Assembly: GCA_001818365.1 (NCBI GenBank)
Contig: MHKK01000015.1
Span: 1 to 50,773, forward strand
DNA: 50,773 nt
Source of the DNA: Candidatus Komeilibacteria bacterium RIFCSPHIGHO2_01_FULL_52_14
GTDB taxonomy: Bacteria > Patescibacteriota > Patescibacteriia > UBA1558 > 2-01-FULL-52-15
Reading direction: 5' to 3'
A program made the translations under genes and the position numbers. The notes beneath the pieces were generated by a model. The model did no database searches, was not told where the DNA came from, and was given only the letters and a program-made list of their open reading frames with translations. Positions 34,118 through 42,684 of this stretch are shown piece by piece. The first letter of the stretch is position 1. Each line of letters opens with the position of its first letter.

Positions 34118-35137
34118 TCATTCGAACGTCTTCTCCAAACCACGATGAGGCGAGGAGGTGTACGCGCTACTTTTTTTCTGCGATAATTTTGATTTCCACT
34201 GATTGATTGTTTTTTTTAACCCTTCATCTAGAGATGTTTTCGGCTTCCATCCAAGAACTCTATATGCTTTCTCGGGAGTTGAATTGAGATAATAAATTTC
34301 ACCGACACGTTCTGGCTTAGTATCCCAGAGAATTTTTCCTTCATAACCGAGCATTTCGGCAATCTTTGTCGCTAAATCCTCAATACGTATCGCGTTAGCG
34401 GGTCCGGTACAGAAAAACTCGCCATTTACTTTTTCAGGATGCGACATAGCTTTCGTGTAAAGGTCAATCAAATCATCAATGTAAAGGAAGTTTCTCCACG
34501 GGTGCTTGTATCCAAAACGCACCTCATCGGGATTTTTAAGCATCTGAGTGATAATTTGTTCTACGACAAAAAAATCATTATCATGTCGTCCGTAGCTGTT
34601 CGTCTGACGGAATGCCGTAAAAGGAAAATTGTAAGCTCGTTTTGCGTACCGTAAATAGTATTCAACTCCTATCTTTGCGACCGAATACGGCGCGTTCGGA
34701 CGTTGTGGAGTATTTTCATCAAAAGGAAGTTTCTTAACCTTAGGATCAAGCACCTCTTCTTTCGTATGAACTTCTCCGTATGTTTCCATCGTTGAGGCAA
34801 AGATGAATAATTTTAAGTTCTCCAGATGTTTTGCTTTCTCGATCAAATTTACCGAACCGCCGTAATTAATCAAAGAAAAGTCCACAGGCTCGTAAAAAGA
34901 TTTTTCTACCTCAGTACGAGCGGCTAAGTGCACGATAAATTCAGGTTTTACCTCTTCGAGAATGTTTTGGATACCGGTAAAATTCATCAAGTCGCTGCGG
35001 TGCGTTTTTACTCCCTCGACTTTTGCGTGTGATTCATGTGTGACAAGACCATGCACCTCGTGTCCCTCAGAAAGGAGACGCTGACAAAGTTTTTCCCCGA
35101 TAAAACTGTTGCATCCGGTAACAAATAGTATACTCAT
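34118..35137 (-). CDS. NAD-dependent epimerase/dehydratase (extended SDR)
   Basis: A Rossmann motif (ILFVTGCNSFIGEKL), ASTMETYG and a catalytic YSVAK are present. The gene is AT-rich (22/60 G+C in 34201-34260). Confidence 0.85.
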   Translation of the reverse strand: MSILFVTGCNSFIGEKLCQRLLSEGHEVHGLVTHESHAKVEGVKTHRSDLMNFTGIQNILEEVKPEFIVHLAARTEVEKSFYEPVDFSLINYGGSVNLIEKAKHLENLKLFIFASTMETYGEVHTKEEVLDPKVKKLPFDENTPQRPNAPYSVAKIGVEYYLRYAKRAYNFPFTAFRQTNSYGRHDNDFFVVEQIITQMLKNPDEVRFGYKHPWRNFLYIDDLIDLYTKAMSHPEKVNGEFFCTGPANAIRIEDLATKIAEMLGYEGKILWDTKPERVGEIYYLNSTPEKAYRVLGWKPKTSLDEGLKKTINQWKSKLSQKKSSAYTSSPHRGLEKTFE

Positions 35138-35275
35138 AGCGATTACGTAATTTGATTAGCTTTTTTAAGTTTGCCTTTCGAGTATCGTGCAACCTGTTCA
35201 CGACACTCAGCTCAATTTCACGATTTTAAGGCGAGTGCAACCGCATCATCATGCGGAGACGGATACGTATCGTTT

Positions 35276-36787
35276 TCATTGTAATTGCTTGTTGGTTAAA
35301 TGTAATTTTTGTGCTAAGAGATCCGCAAGCGGTTTAAGGCCTTCTTTGCGTTTCATGAGATCCTTCTCGCGCTCCCAGAGGTACTGTAAATTGAGATGAG
35401 CGGACTCACTAAAAATTGCTGCGAGTAAATTCAGTAATTCATTCTCGTCATAGCGAAAATTTTCGAGCTGTTCTTTTACAAGATAAGGAATATTTTCGGG
35501 CGTTTTGCAATGCTTCACAAAGGATAATTGATTATAAAAAATATCGCCGAAAGTGATCACCGGTTTTTTTAACAGTGTTGCCTCCCACCCGACGGAGCTG
35601 GTAATAGTCATAATAAGCTTGGACCGAGCGATAAGGTCAAAACTAGAAATATTAGGATTGATTAATTTTACGTTATGAATTTTTTTTATCGCTTTATAAT
35701 AATTCCGGGGGCGGTACGGTACCATTGTCGGATGCTCTTTAACATAAAGATAGTGATTGACAGGAAGCGACATCGCTATTTGTTTTATCAAATGAATTTG
35801 ATCGGCAAAAAATGGTGCGTAGAGGAGTAGACTTACTTCAGGTTCGTAATGTAACGGGAAGAATGTAAAATTATCGTTTTCGCCGGGTTCATCGTACAGA
35901 TCATCGACCCCGCGCAGATTCCGCAATTTTCTTCTTATACCGTCTTTAACGTAATTGATCGGGCTAATGTAATCATAATCATGGCGCTCTCTGCCCGTCG
36001 CATGATGCTTGAGAGAAACGAAAAACCACCTCATGATTTTCAGCGCATTAGTGGGCAGCACGAATGAAAGCTGTTTGCTTTTTGTCGTTTGATGATATTT
36101 TTTGTCGGCAAACTCATAGTGTGGTCTTGGTTGATGCCGAAAATCATTTAAAAAATTCTGCGCTTGTTTTAGTACCTTTTCCGGTGCCGATTCTTTTGAA
36201 AAAAGGTGTACTTTATTTTCTACTCCGGTCAGGCCATTATATGTTTCACTTAAAACATAGTTGTCATGAATCATGGTTGGATGTACAACATACGTTGCGA
36301 TGCCTCTTTTTTTCGCTATATGATATAAAAGTTTGCCACCCACTGCACCGATGACCGAAAAAAATATAAAATCCGGTTTTTCATCATCCAAAAATTTAAT
36401 AATAGCTTTTGCTGTCACTTGAAGTATGCGTAGCAAGTCATCATGAGAATAGTGCGATTTATCGTACGGGTATTCGCGCACATGACGATTATGCATTAGT
36501 GCACGATCAAGAGATACGTAGGGCCATAAATTTGGGATTCCGTATTCTGCCTCAAGAGACTGGAGAAAATGTGTATCGATGCGTTCACTCGAATAACGAC
36601 CATGAATCTCTTGGTCCAAAAGTAATGACGAATAATGAATTTCTTTTTGGCTCATCAAAAATTCATAACTTCGGCGAACATAGACATAACCGCAGAATTC
36701 GTCAATGCCGTAGTGCTCCTTTAAGAGTAGAGCAAGATTATGCCCCACGTATGCAAAACGACGCTGAAGGAGTAAGCACGCTTTCAT
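35276..36787 (-). CDS. Capsule-synthesis (KpsS/KpsC, LpsZ)-like GT-B transferase with HP motif; candidate ulosonic-acid transferase
   Basis: YLYVKEHPTMVPYRP is followed by LIARSKLIMTITSSVGWEATLLKKPVITFGD, which resembles the Capsule_synth family layout. I set the start at ATG 36787 (MKACLLLQRR). The listed GTG 36841 lies upstream of a consensus promoter found inside the ORF extension. Confidence 0.5.
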   Translation of the reverse strand: MKACLLLQRRFAYVGHNLALLLKEHYGIDEFCGYVYVRRSYEFLMSQKEIHYSSLLLDQEIHGRYSSERIDTHFLQSLEAEYGIPNLWPYVSLDRALMHNRHVREYPYDKSHYSHDDLLRILQVTAKAIIKFLDDEKPDFIFFSVIGAVGGKLLYHIAKKRGIATYVVHPTMIHDNYVLSETYNGLTGVENKVHLFSKESAPEKVLKQAQNFLNDFRHQPRPHYEFADKKYHQTTKSKQLSFVLPTNALKIMRWFFVSLKHHATGRERHDYDYISPINYVKDGIRRKLRNLRGVDDLYDEPGENDNFTFFPLHYEPEVSLLLYAPFFADQIHLIKQIAMSLPVNHYLYVKEHPTMVPYRPRNYYKAIKKIHNVKLINPNISSFDLIARSKLIMTITSSVGWEATLLKKPVITFGDIFYNQLSFVKHCKTPENIPYLVKEQLENFRYDENELLNLLAAIFSESAHLNLQYLWEREKDLMKRKEGLKPLADLLAQKLHLTNKQLQ

Positions 36788-36797
36788 AGATACTACT

Positions 36798-36826
36798 ACT
36801 TTAGCAAGACGGTTCTGACCTGTCAA
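36798..36826 (-). promoter_or_regulatory. Promoter TTGACA-17 nt-TAAAGT for the KpsS-like gene (near-leaderless)
   Basis: On the minus strand, TTGACA lies at plus-strand coordinates 36821-36826 and TAAAGT at 36798-36803. ATG 36787 follows after a 10-nt gap. Confidence 0.45.
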
Positions 36827-36834
36827 AAGCTCTA

Positions 36835-36862
36835 TTGACACCTTATGACCCCTTGCTATGCT
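36835..36862 (+). promoter_or_regulatory. Promoter TTGACA-16 nt-TATGCT for the HTH/Wzx/nonulosonate operon
   Basis: TTGACA lies at 36835-36840, back-to-back (8 bp apart) with the minus-strand -35 box. TATGCT lies at 36857-36862, and ATG 36879 is 16 nt downstream. Confidence 0.4.
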
Positions 36863-36878
36863 GAATCATGTTATAGCT

Positions 36879-37127
36879 ATGGATAAGGAAATCAATCCAA
36901 ACACCGTCTATACGACGACCGAATCGCGTAAACTGCTCAAAATAAGCGAAAGTACGCTAAAGCGGTTGTTGAAAAAAGGGTTGATACGTGCGAATAAAAT
37001 CGGCAGACAATACCGTATCTTGGGCAAGGAATTATTGCGCCTGGTATCTCCGGAGGTCGAGAAACGGGCGATTAAATCCTACCTTCAAGTTAAAAAGAAA
37101 GTCGTAAATACCATAAATAAGTGGTAG
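36879..37127 (+). CDS. Small helix-turn-helix DNA-binding protein (excisionase-type HTH)
   Basis: YTTTESRKLLKISESTLKRLLKKGLIRANKIGRQYRI is a typical HTH followed by the conserved R..Y.I tail. I set the start at ATG 36879 (MDKEINP) because the listed ATG 36858 lies inside the -10 box. Confidence 0.65.
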   Translation: MDKEINPNTVYTTTESRKLLKISESTLKRLLKKGLIRANKIGRQYRILGKELLRLVSPEVEKRAIKSYLQVKKKVVNTINKW

Positions 37128-37141
37128 GTAGGTATTGAGGC

Positions 37142-38638
37142 ATGCTCATGTCCTCGGATCCGAACATATATACAAAGACAGTACACAGCGGAAAGTGGTT
37201 TGCCCTAAGCACGATTGCACAGCGGATCATTAATTTTTTCGCGTTTCTGATTCTTGCCCGCCTGCTGCTTCCCGCGGACTACGGCGTCATCTCGATCGTA
37301 TTTCTCGTGACGGGGATAATTGACGATGTTTCAACGCCCGGATTCGGCGCCGCTCTGTTGCAAAAAAAAGACAATGTCGAGTACTACTTACGGGCCGTTT
37401 GGACCTGGGATGTTCTGCGTTCAGCGGTGCTTGCGGGTCTGATCGTGATACTGAGCGGCGAAATCAGCAGCTTTTTTAAAATACCGCAGTATCATCTCCT
37501 TATCGCCTTGAGCGGGCTGCTGCTTGTCATTCCGTCCGTTTCCAACCCAAAGCAGCTCTATTTTTTTAAAGAGCTTGATTTTAAGAAGATATTCATACGG
37601 GATGTGACTGGCGGTTTGGTGTACGCAGTCGCAGCGGTACTGTGGGTGATTTTCGTTTCACCGACCGCTTGGGCATTATTTTGGGCGAACGTGATAAGCC
37701 AGACATCAGAAGTGGCCATGACCTATGTCCTGATGCCTGCCCGCGTTCGTTTTGATTTCCGGCTCAGGAAGCTGTGGGACTTGAGTCATTACAGCAGATG
37801 GATCTACGGACAAAACCTGCTTAACTATTTTCTGACTTCTCTGGACAAGATATTCATTGCCAGGATGTTGAACAGCTCGGACCTGGGTGTCTACGCCCGT
37901 GCCAAGGATTTACCGACCGTCATAACTTCTCCGGTTACCTCCGGTATACGACGTGTCGGTTTTGCGGCTTTTGCGAAAGTGCAGGACAGTCTTGGACAAG
38001 TTCAGCGCGGATTCGTGAAGAGCGTCGATTTTTTTCTGCTCGTTTCGGTTCCGGTCAGCGTACTATTGATTTTAGAGGGAGGAACGCTGGTACAGGTATT
38101 TCTCGGCGACAAATGGCTGCCGATTTCCATGCCGCTGAAACTTTTTTCAATAGCCGCCATTTTGCTTGGGTTGGTTGGCATCGCGCGTTTAGTCGCGAAT
38201 GCCGTCGGAAGGCCCTCTTTAAACTTTAAGACCAATGTTATGCAGTTGATTGTATCGGCACCGATATTGTATATCGGGATTTTGAATTACGGTTTGCTTG
38301 GTGCGGTGGTTGGAAGTATGCTCAGCTGGACGATCGTGCTGCTGTATACCATCGGCGTCATGCGGCCCGTCTTGCAGCTCAATTTTAAATCGTTCGTGCC
38401 AACCATTGTCAGTTTCGCCGTCCCGTCACTCGGGACGCTATTGGTCGACGTACTGTTTCGGAATCAAATCCACGCATGGTTTAATCCGTTTGAGCGGCTG
38501 GGATGGATAGCGTTCCTCGGTCTGTTCTATATGGCAATTCTGTTTCTTGTCGCGCGCCTGTTCGATGAAAGCCCGTGGCATAGTTTTGTCGCCATGCTCA
38601 AAACGGTTTTAAAAAAAGGAGAGAAGGTAGCGGCTTAG
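37142..38638 (+). CDS. Wzx-type oligosaccharide flippase (MOP superfamily polysaccharide biosynthesis protein)
   Basis: This 498-aa protein has about 12-14 TM helices. The N-terminal signature is GKWFALSTIAQRIINFFAFLILARLLLPADYGVISIVF. Confidence 0.8.
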   Translation: MLMSSDPNIYTKTVHSGKWFALSTIAQRIINFFAFLILARLLLPADYGVISIVFLVTGIIDDVSTPGFGAALLQKKDNVEYYLRAVWTWDVLRSAVLAGLIVILSGEISSFFKIPQYHLLIALSGLLLVIPSVSNPKQLYFFKELDFKKIFIRDVTGGLVYAVAAVLWVIFVSPTAWALFWANVISQTSEVAMTYVLMPARVRFDFRLRKLWDLSHYSRWIYGQNLLNYFLTSLDKIFIARMLNSSDLGVYARAKDLPTVITSPVTSGIRRVGFAAFAKVQDSLGQVQRGFVKSVDFFLLVSVPVSVLLILEGGTLVQVFLGDKWLPISMPLKLFSIAAILLGLVGIARLVANAVGRPSLNFKTNVMQLIVSAPILYIGILNYGLLGAVVGSMLSWTIVLLYTIGVMRPVLQLNFKSFVPTIVSFAVPSLGTLLVDVLFRNQIHAWFNPFERLGWIAFLGLFYMAILFLVARLFDESPWHSFVAMLKTVLKKGEKVAA

Positions 38639-38642
38639 AACA

Positions 38643-39395
38643 ATGTACAAAGGTCAAAAAATTATCGCTACGATCGAGGCACGGATGAAATCAACGCGTT
38701 TGCCGGGTAAGGTGTTGCTTCCGCTTGCCGGCATACCAACGCTGTTGCTTTTGGTTCGGCGTATGCGTCACAGCCGGTATCTTGACGATATTGTCGTTGC
38801 GACGACCGTCGACAAAGCGGACGACGCGATTGTCAAGCTGTGCGAGGCCAGCAGGATAACCGTATTCCGCGGAAGCGAGCTCGATGTTCTTTCACGTGTT
38901 CTTGGTGCCGCGCGGTCTGCACAGGCGGATATCATCGTTGAGATAACCGGGGATTGCCCGCTTGTGTCGGGGGAACTTATCGATCGGGGTATCGCGGAGT
39001 TTTTCAAAAAAACGGTTGCGTACGCTTCGAACGACCTTGAAGCTTCGTTTCCGGTGGGACTCTCTGTCCAGGTATTCCCACTGAAAGTACTCGCTCAGGT
39101 CGATTCCCTCACCAACGATCCGATCGATCGCGCGCATGTTTCGTATTATATCTACACGCATCCCGAAACGTTTGCGCTTTCAAAGTGGATGGCGCACGAT
39201 GACGAGCGGGCACCGGATTTGCGCTTGACGCTGGATGAAGAGGCCGACTATAAGGTGCTTTCTGCGGTATTCGATCGGTTCAAGGCGAGTGCGGAATCGT
39301 TTACGGTGGCCGAAGCCGTTGCGTATTTGCGTGAGCGTAAGGATATTGCGATCTTGAATAAACAGGTACGACAAAAAGATGCCAACGAAGGTTAA
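38643..39395 (+). CDS. Cytidylyltransferase, SpsF/acylneuraminate-cytidylyltransferase family (candidate CMP-nonulosonate synthetase)
   Basis: The N-terminal motif is IIATIEARMKSTRLPGKVLLPLAG, followed by DDIVVATTVDKADDAI. This is the SpsF-like pattern. Confidence 0.7.
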   Translation: MYKGQKIIATIEARMKSTRLPGKVLLPLAGIPTLLLLVRRMRHSRYLDDIVVATTVDKADDAIVKLCEASRITVFRGSELDVLSRVLGAARSAQADIIVEITGDCPLVSGELIDRGIAEFFKKTVAYASNDLEASFPVGLSVQVFPLKVLAQVDSLTNDPIDRAHVSYYIYTHPETFALSKWMAHDDERAPDLRLTLDEEADYKVLSAVFDRFKASAESFTVAEAVAYLRERKDIAILNKQVRQKDANEG

Positions 39396-40350
39396 CACGG
39401 CAATCGTCATCGGAGCCGGTAAGATCGGCGCTGGTTTTGATTCGCCCAAGAGCCCGTCGATACTGACTCATGCGCATGCGCTGAAGACGCAACGCAGTGT
39501 TCGTTTTTTGGGACTTATAGATTCGAACCGCGCAGTAGGAAAAGCGGCAGCCCGAAGGTGGTCGGTTCCGTACTTGGGGACGAGCATACGTGCAGTGAAA
39601 GCCGGCGCAGACATTGTTTGTATTGCGACACCTGAACAAACGCACGAGAAAGTTTTTGTGCAAACGATCGCATGGCGACCGAAAATCATCGTTTTGGAAA
39701 AACCGTCATCGCTCGACACTGCGATAACAAAGCGCATGGCACGCCTTGCCCGGCAAAACAAGGTCTCAGTCGCTGTCAATTACAGCAGGGCGTTCGATCC
39801 CGTGTTGCGGCAGCTGCGGGATGATGTTCGGGCCGGGAAGTACGGTCGCGTCATAAGCGCATCGGGCTCCTACACTAAAGGGTTGCTTCACAACGGGTCC
39901 CATATGGTGCAGCTCGCAGAGTACTTTTTTGGCGGTGTGTTACATGCGATTCCGTTGCATTCGACCCTTGATTTTACGAAGAGCGATCCGAGCATTTCGG
40001 CTTTTTTACGGTTTGACCACTGCGATCAATTTTATTTGTCGGCAGGCGATGCCCGCGCTTTCGCATTGTGCGAGTTTGTTGTTCTCTGCGAGCGGGCGAG
40101 AATTCGATATAGCGATTCGGACGACGCAATCTACATCGCACAAGTAATTCCGGACAAACGGTACGCGGGATTTCGCCGTTTGAGTCAGGAGCGCAAGACG
40201 CTAACCGGCGGCCGCAAGGTGATGCGGCATGTCATCGAATCGGCAGTCAGGCATATTCGGTCAGGCGTTTCTGTTCCGTGCGACCTGACAGCGGCGATGC
40301 ATGCCGAAGCTATCTGTATTCAGCTTAAAAAACAGTATGAAAAAAAGTAA
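39379..40350 (+). CDS. Gfo/Idh/MocA family NAD(P)-dependent oxidoreductase
   Basis: The N-terminal Rossmann motif is TAIVIGAGKIGAGF. IVCIATPEQTHEK and VLEKP motifs are also present. It overlaps the upstream gene by 17 nt. Confidence 0.75.
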   Translation: MPTKVNTAIVIGAGKIGAGFDSPKSPSILTHAHALKTQRSVRFLGLIDSNRAVGKAAARRWSVPYLGTSIRAVKAGADIVCIATPEQTHEKVFVQTIAWRPKIIVLEKPSSLDTAITKRMARLARQNKVSVAVNYSRAFDPVLRQLRDDVRAGKYGRVISASGSYTKGLLHNGSHMVQLAEYFFGGVLHAIPLHSTLDFTKSDPSISAFLRFDHCDQFYLSAGDARAFALCEFVVLCERARIRYSDSDDAIYIAQVIPDKRYAGFRRLSQERKTLTGGRKVMRHVIESAVRHIRSGVSVPCDLTAAMHAEAICIQLKKQYEKK

Positions 40351-41662
40351 CCAGCGTCGATCGGAGCTCGCGATATTCGGCGGCAAACCGGTCCGAACGA
40401 TGAAATTTCCCGCCTATCGTCCGATCGGTGAGGAAGAGCGTCTTGCCGTTGATCGGGTGATGCGGTCGGGAATTTTGTCCCGCTACCTCGGGGTCTGGCA
40501 CGAGGATTTCTACGGGGGTCCCGAAGTACAGGCATTCGAACGCGAGTGGGCGGCTTATTTTGGGGTACGGCATGCCATTGCGGTGAATTCGTGTACCTCG
40601 GGGCTGCTCTGCGCAGTGGGGGCGCTTGCTATCGGCCCGGGAGACGAGGTTATTGTGTCGCCGTTTACTATGGCCGCTTCTGCAACGGTGCCGTTGTGGT
40701 ACGGCGCGATCCCTGTCTTTGCCGATATTGAACCGGAGTATTTCTGCCTGGATCCTAAATCGATAGAGGCATGTATCACACCGCGCACGAAAGCGATCAT
40801 CGTCGTCGACGTGTTTGGCCAGCCCTATGATGCGGATGCAATCAATGCGATTGCAAAAAAGCACAACATAAAAGTCATTGAAGATTGCGCCCAAGCACCG
40901 GGTGCACGGTATAAAAAATCATTTGCCGGTTCGCTCGCCGACATCGGTGTGTATTCCCTCAATTACCACAAGCATATCCATACCGGCGAGGGCGGAGTTA
41001 TCGCGACGGACGACGATACACTTGCCAATAAACTGCGTCTGATCAGAAATCACGCGGAAGCCGTCGTTGAGGATAAAGGAGACACCGATCTGGTGAATAT
41101 GGTCGGATTTAATTTCCGACTGACAGAACTGCAGGCCGCCATCGGACGCGAGCAGCTTAAGAAATTATCGAAACTTCTGAGCGATCGTGTCGCCAACTGC
41201 AACTATCTGGCACGCGAGCTTTCAAAGATCTCGGGGATACGGAGTGCCACGGTACGGCCGAACACGACGCACTCGTATTATGTGCAACCGTTTCTGTACG
41301 ATGAAAAAGTCATCGGTGTTCATCGCGATAAGTTTATTGAGTCCGTGAGAGCCGAGCTGCCGGCAACGGAACTGCGCGAGCTTGAGGGAACTCAGATAAG
41401 CGGAGGATTTGTAAAGCCTCTGTACCTGCTGCCATTGTTCCAAAAAAAAATAGCCATCGGTAAGAACGGATTTCCGTTCACGTCAGGATCAAATCCGAGT
41501 ACGCAATCATACGGAAAAGGATTATGTCCGGTAACGGAAAGAATGTATGAAAAAGAATTATTTATTCACGAATTCATGCGACCTCCGGTTACGCATAAGG
41601 ATCTTGAGGATGTGGTAGAAGCTTTTACTAAAGTTTACGCCCATCGTGATGAGTTACGGTAA
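40337..41662 (+). CDS. DegT/DnrJ/EryC1/StrS family PLP-dependent sugar aminotransferase
   Basis: FEREWAAYFGVRHAIAVNSCTSGL, FGQPYD and YSLNYHKHIHTGEGGVIATDD are present, the last containing the PLP lysine region. ATG 40337 (MKKSNQRR) is preferred over the listed 40301. Confidence 0.8.
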   Translation: MKKSNQRRSELAIFGGKPVRTMKFPAYRPIGEEERLAVDRVMRSGILSRYLGVWHEDFYGGPEVQAFEREWAAYFGVRHAIAVNSCTSGLLCAVGALAIGPGDEVIVSPFTMAASATVPLWYGAIPVFADIEPEYFCLDPKSIEACITPRTKAIIVVDVFGQPYDADAINAIAKKHNIKVIEDCAQAPGARYKKSFAGSLADIGVYSLNYHKHIHTGEGGVIATDDDTLANKLRLIRNHAEAVVEDKGDTDLVNMVGFNFRLTELQAAIGREQLKKLSKLLSDRVANCNYLARELSKISGIRSATVRPNTTHSYYVQPFLYDEKVIGVHRDKFIESVRAELPATELRELEGTQISGGFVKPLYLLPLFQKKIAIGKNGFPFTSGSNPSTQSYGKGLCPVTERMYEKELFIHEFMRPPVTHKDLEDVVEAFTKVYAHRDELR

Positions 41663-41683
41663 GGTTCAGTACGATAATTACCT

Positions 41684-42631
41684 ATGACAAAAAGAAAGAA
41701 TTATCTCGTAGTATGTCGTGAAGCAGGTGGAGCGGAGCTTATTTCCGAGTATATTATTTCTCACCGGGAAAACAGCAATTTAGTCAGTTTTGTATCGGGA
41801 CCGGCAAAACGAATATTTGCGTCAAAGAAGATCCCTCATCACATCGTGCGGCCGAATACCGGTGCAGACAGAATTTTGGATGCTTCCGACGGTACGTATT
41901 CGCTTCTCGTGTCGGTAGGATGGACTTCACCATTCGAATTGCGACTCCTCAAAAAAGCGAAGGCAGCGGGCGTCCACAGCATAGTGTATATCGATCATTG
42001 GATTAATTATCGCGAGCGATTCGGTTACCCCAGGACGAATTGGACCTCATTTTTGCCAAACGAAATTTGGGTCGGAGATCGTTTCGCCCTTAAGAAAGCT
42101 CAACGCGAATTTCCATCGGACATCCCGATTCGTTTAATACGGAACGATTATTTTGGTAAAATACGAAAGTCGTTCAAAAAATATGAAAGGCATCGCGGAA
42201 AGCCAAAAAGAATTCTATTTTTGAGCGAGCCGCTGAGCGGCAATGTCAACAGCTTTGGGGATAAAAGCCGTGTCCATTGCACCGAGTACGACGTGCTCGA
42301 GGATATTTTAAAGAGTATCGCTCGTCAGCATAAAAAACCAAGCGTCATCATACGATTTCATCCGTCGGAATCTCACAATAAATATAATGAAATTATACGG
42401 CAGTATGCGGATGTTATACGTATCTTTAAATCCTCCGGACGAAGTATAGTGCATGATCTTGCGCGATCATATTTAATCATCGGTATGGATAGCGTCGCCC
42501 TCATGATAGCGAAATTGTGCGGGAAAAACGTAATAAGTTATATACCTGATCGCTCATATGCATGTACAATTCCCGACCCAAGAATAAAAAAAATCAAATC
42601 GTTTACCGTACTGCAAAATTTACTCACGTAA
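41684..42631 (+). CDS. Hypothetical GT-B-like protein with HP motif (candidate PseG analogue or nonulosonate transferase)
   Basis: No family was recognised with certainty. ILFLSEPLSG...VIIRFHPSES...LARSYLIIGMDSVALMIAKLCGKNVISY has the layout of a GT-B C-terminal domain. It sits directly upstream of pseB. Confidence 0.4.
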   Translation: MTKRKNYLVVCREAGGAELISEYIISHRENSNLVSFVSGPAKRIFASKKIPHHIVRPNTGADRILDASDGTYSLLVSVGWTSPFELRLLKKAKAAGVHSIVYIDHWINYRERFGYPRTNWTSFLPNEIWVGDRFALKKAQREFPSDIPIRLIRNDYFGKIRKSFKKYERHRGKPKRILFLSEPLSGNVNSFGDKSRVHCTEYDVLEDILKSIARQHKKPSVIIRFHPSESHNKYNEIIRQYADVIRIFKSSGRSIVHDLARSYLIIGMDSVALMIAKLCGKNVISYIPDRSYACTIPDPRIKKIKSFTVLQNLLT

Positions 42632-42684
42632 TGCTTGCCGTATGCTATACTGTGAGCATGTTTAATACATTAATATAGAGCGCT

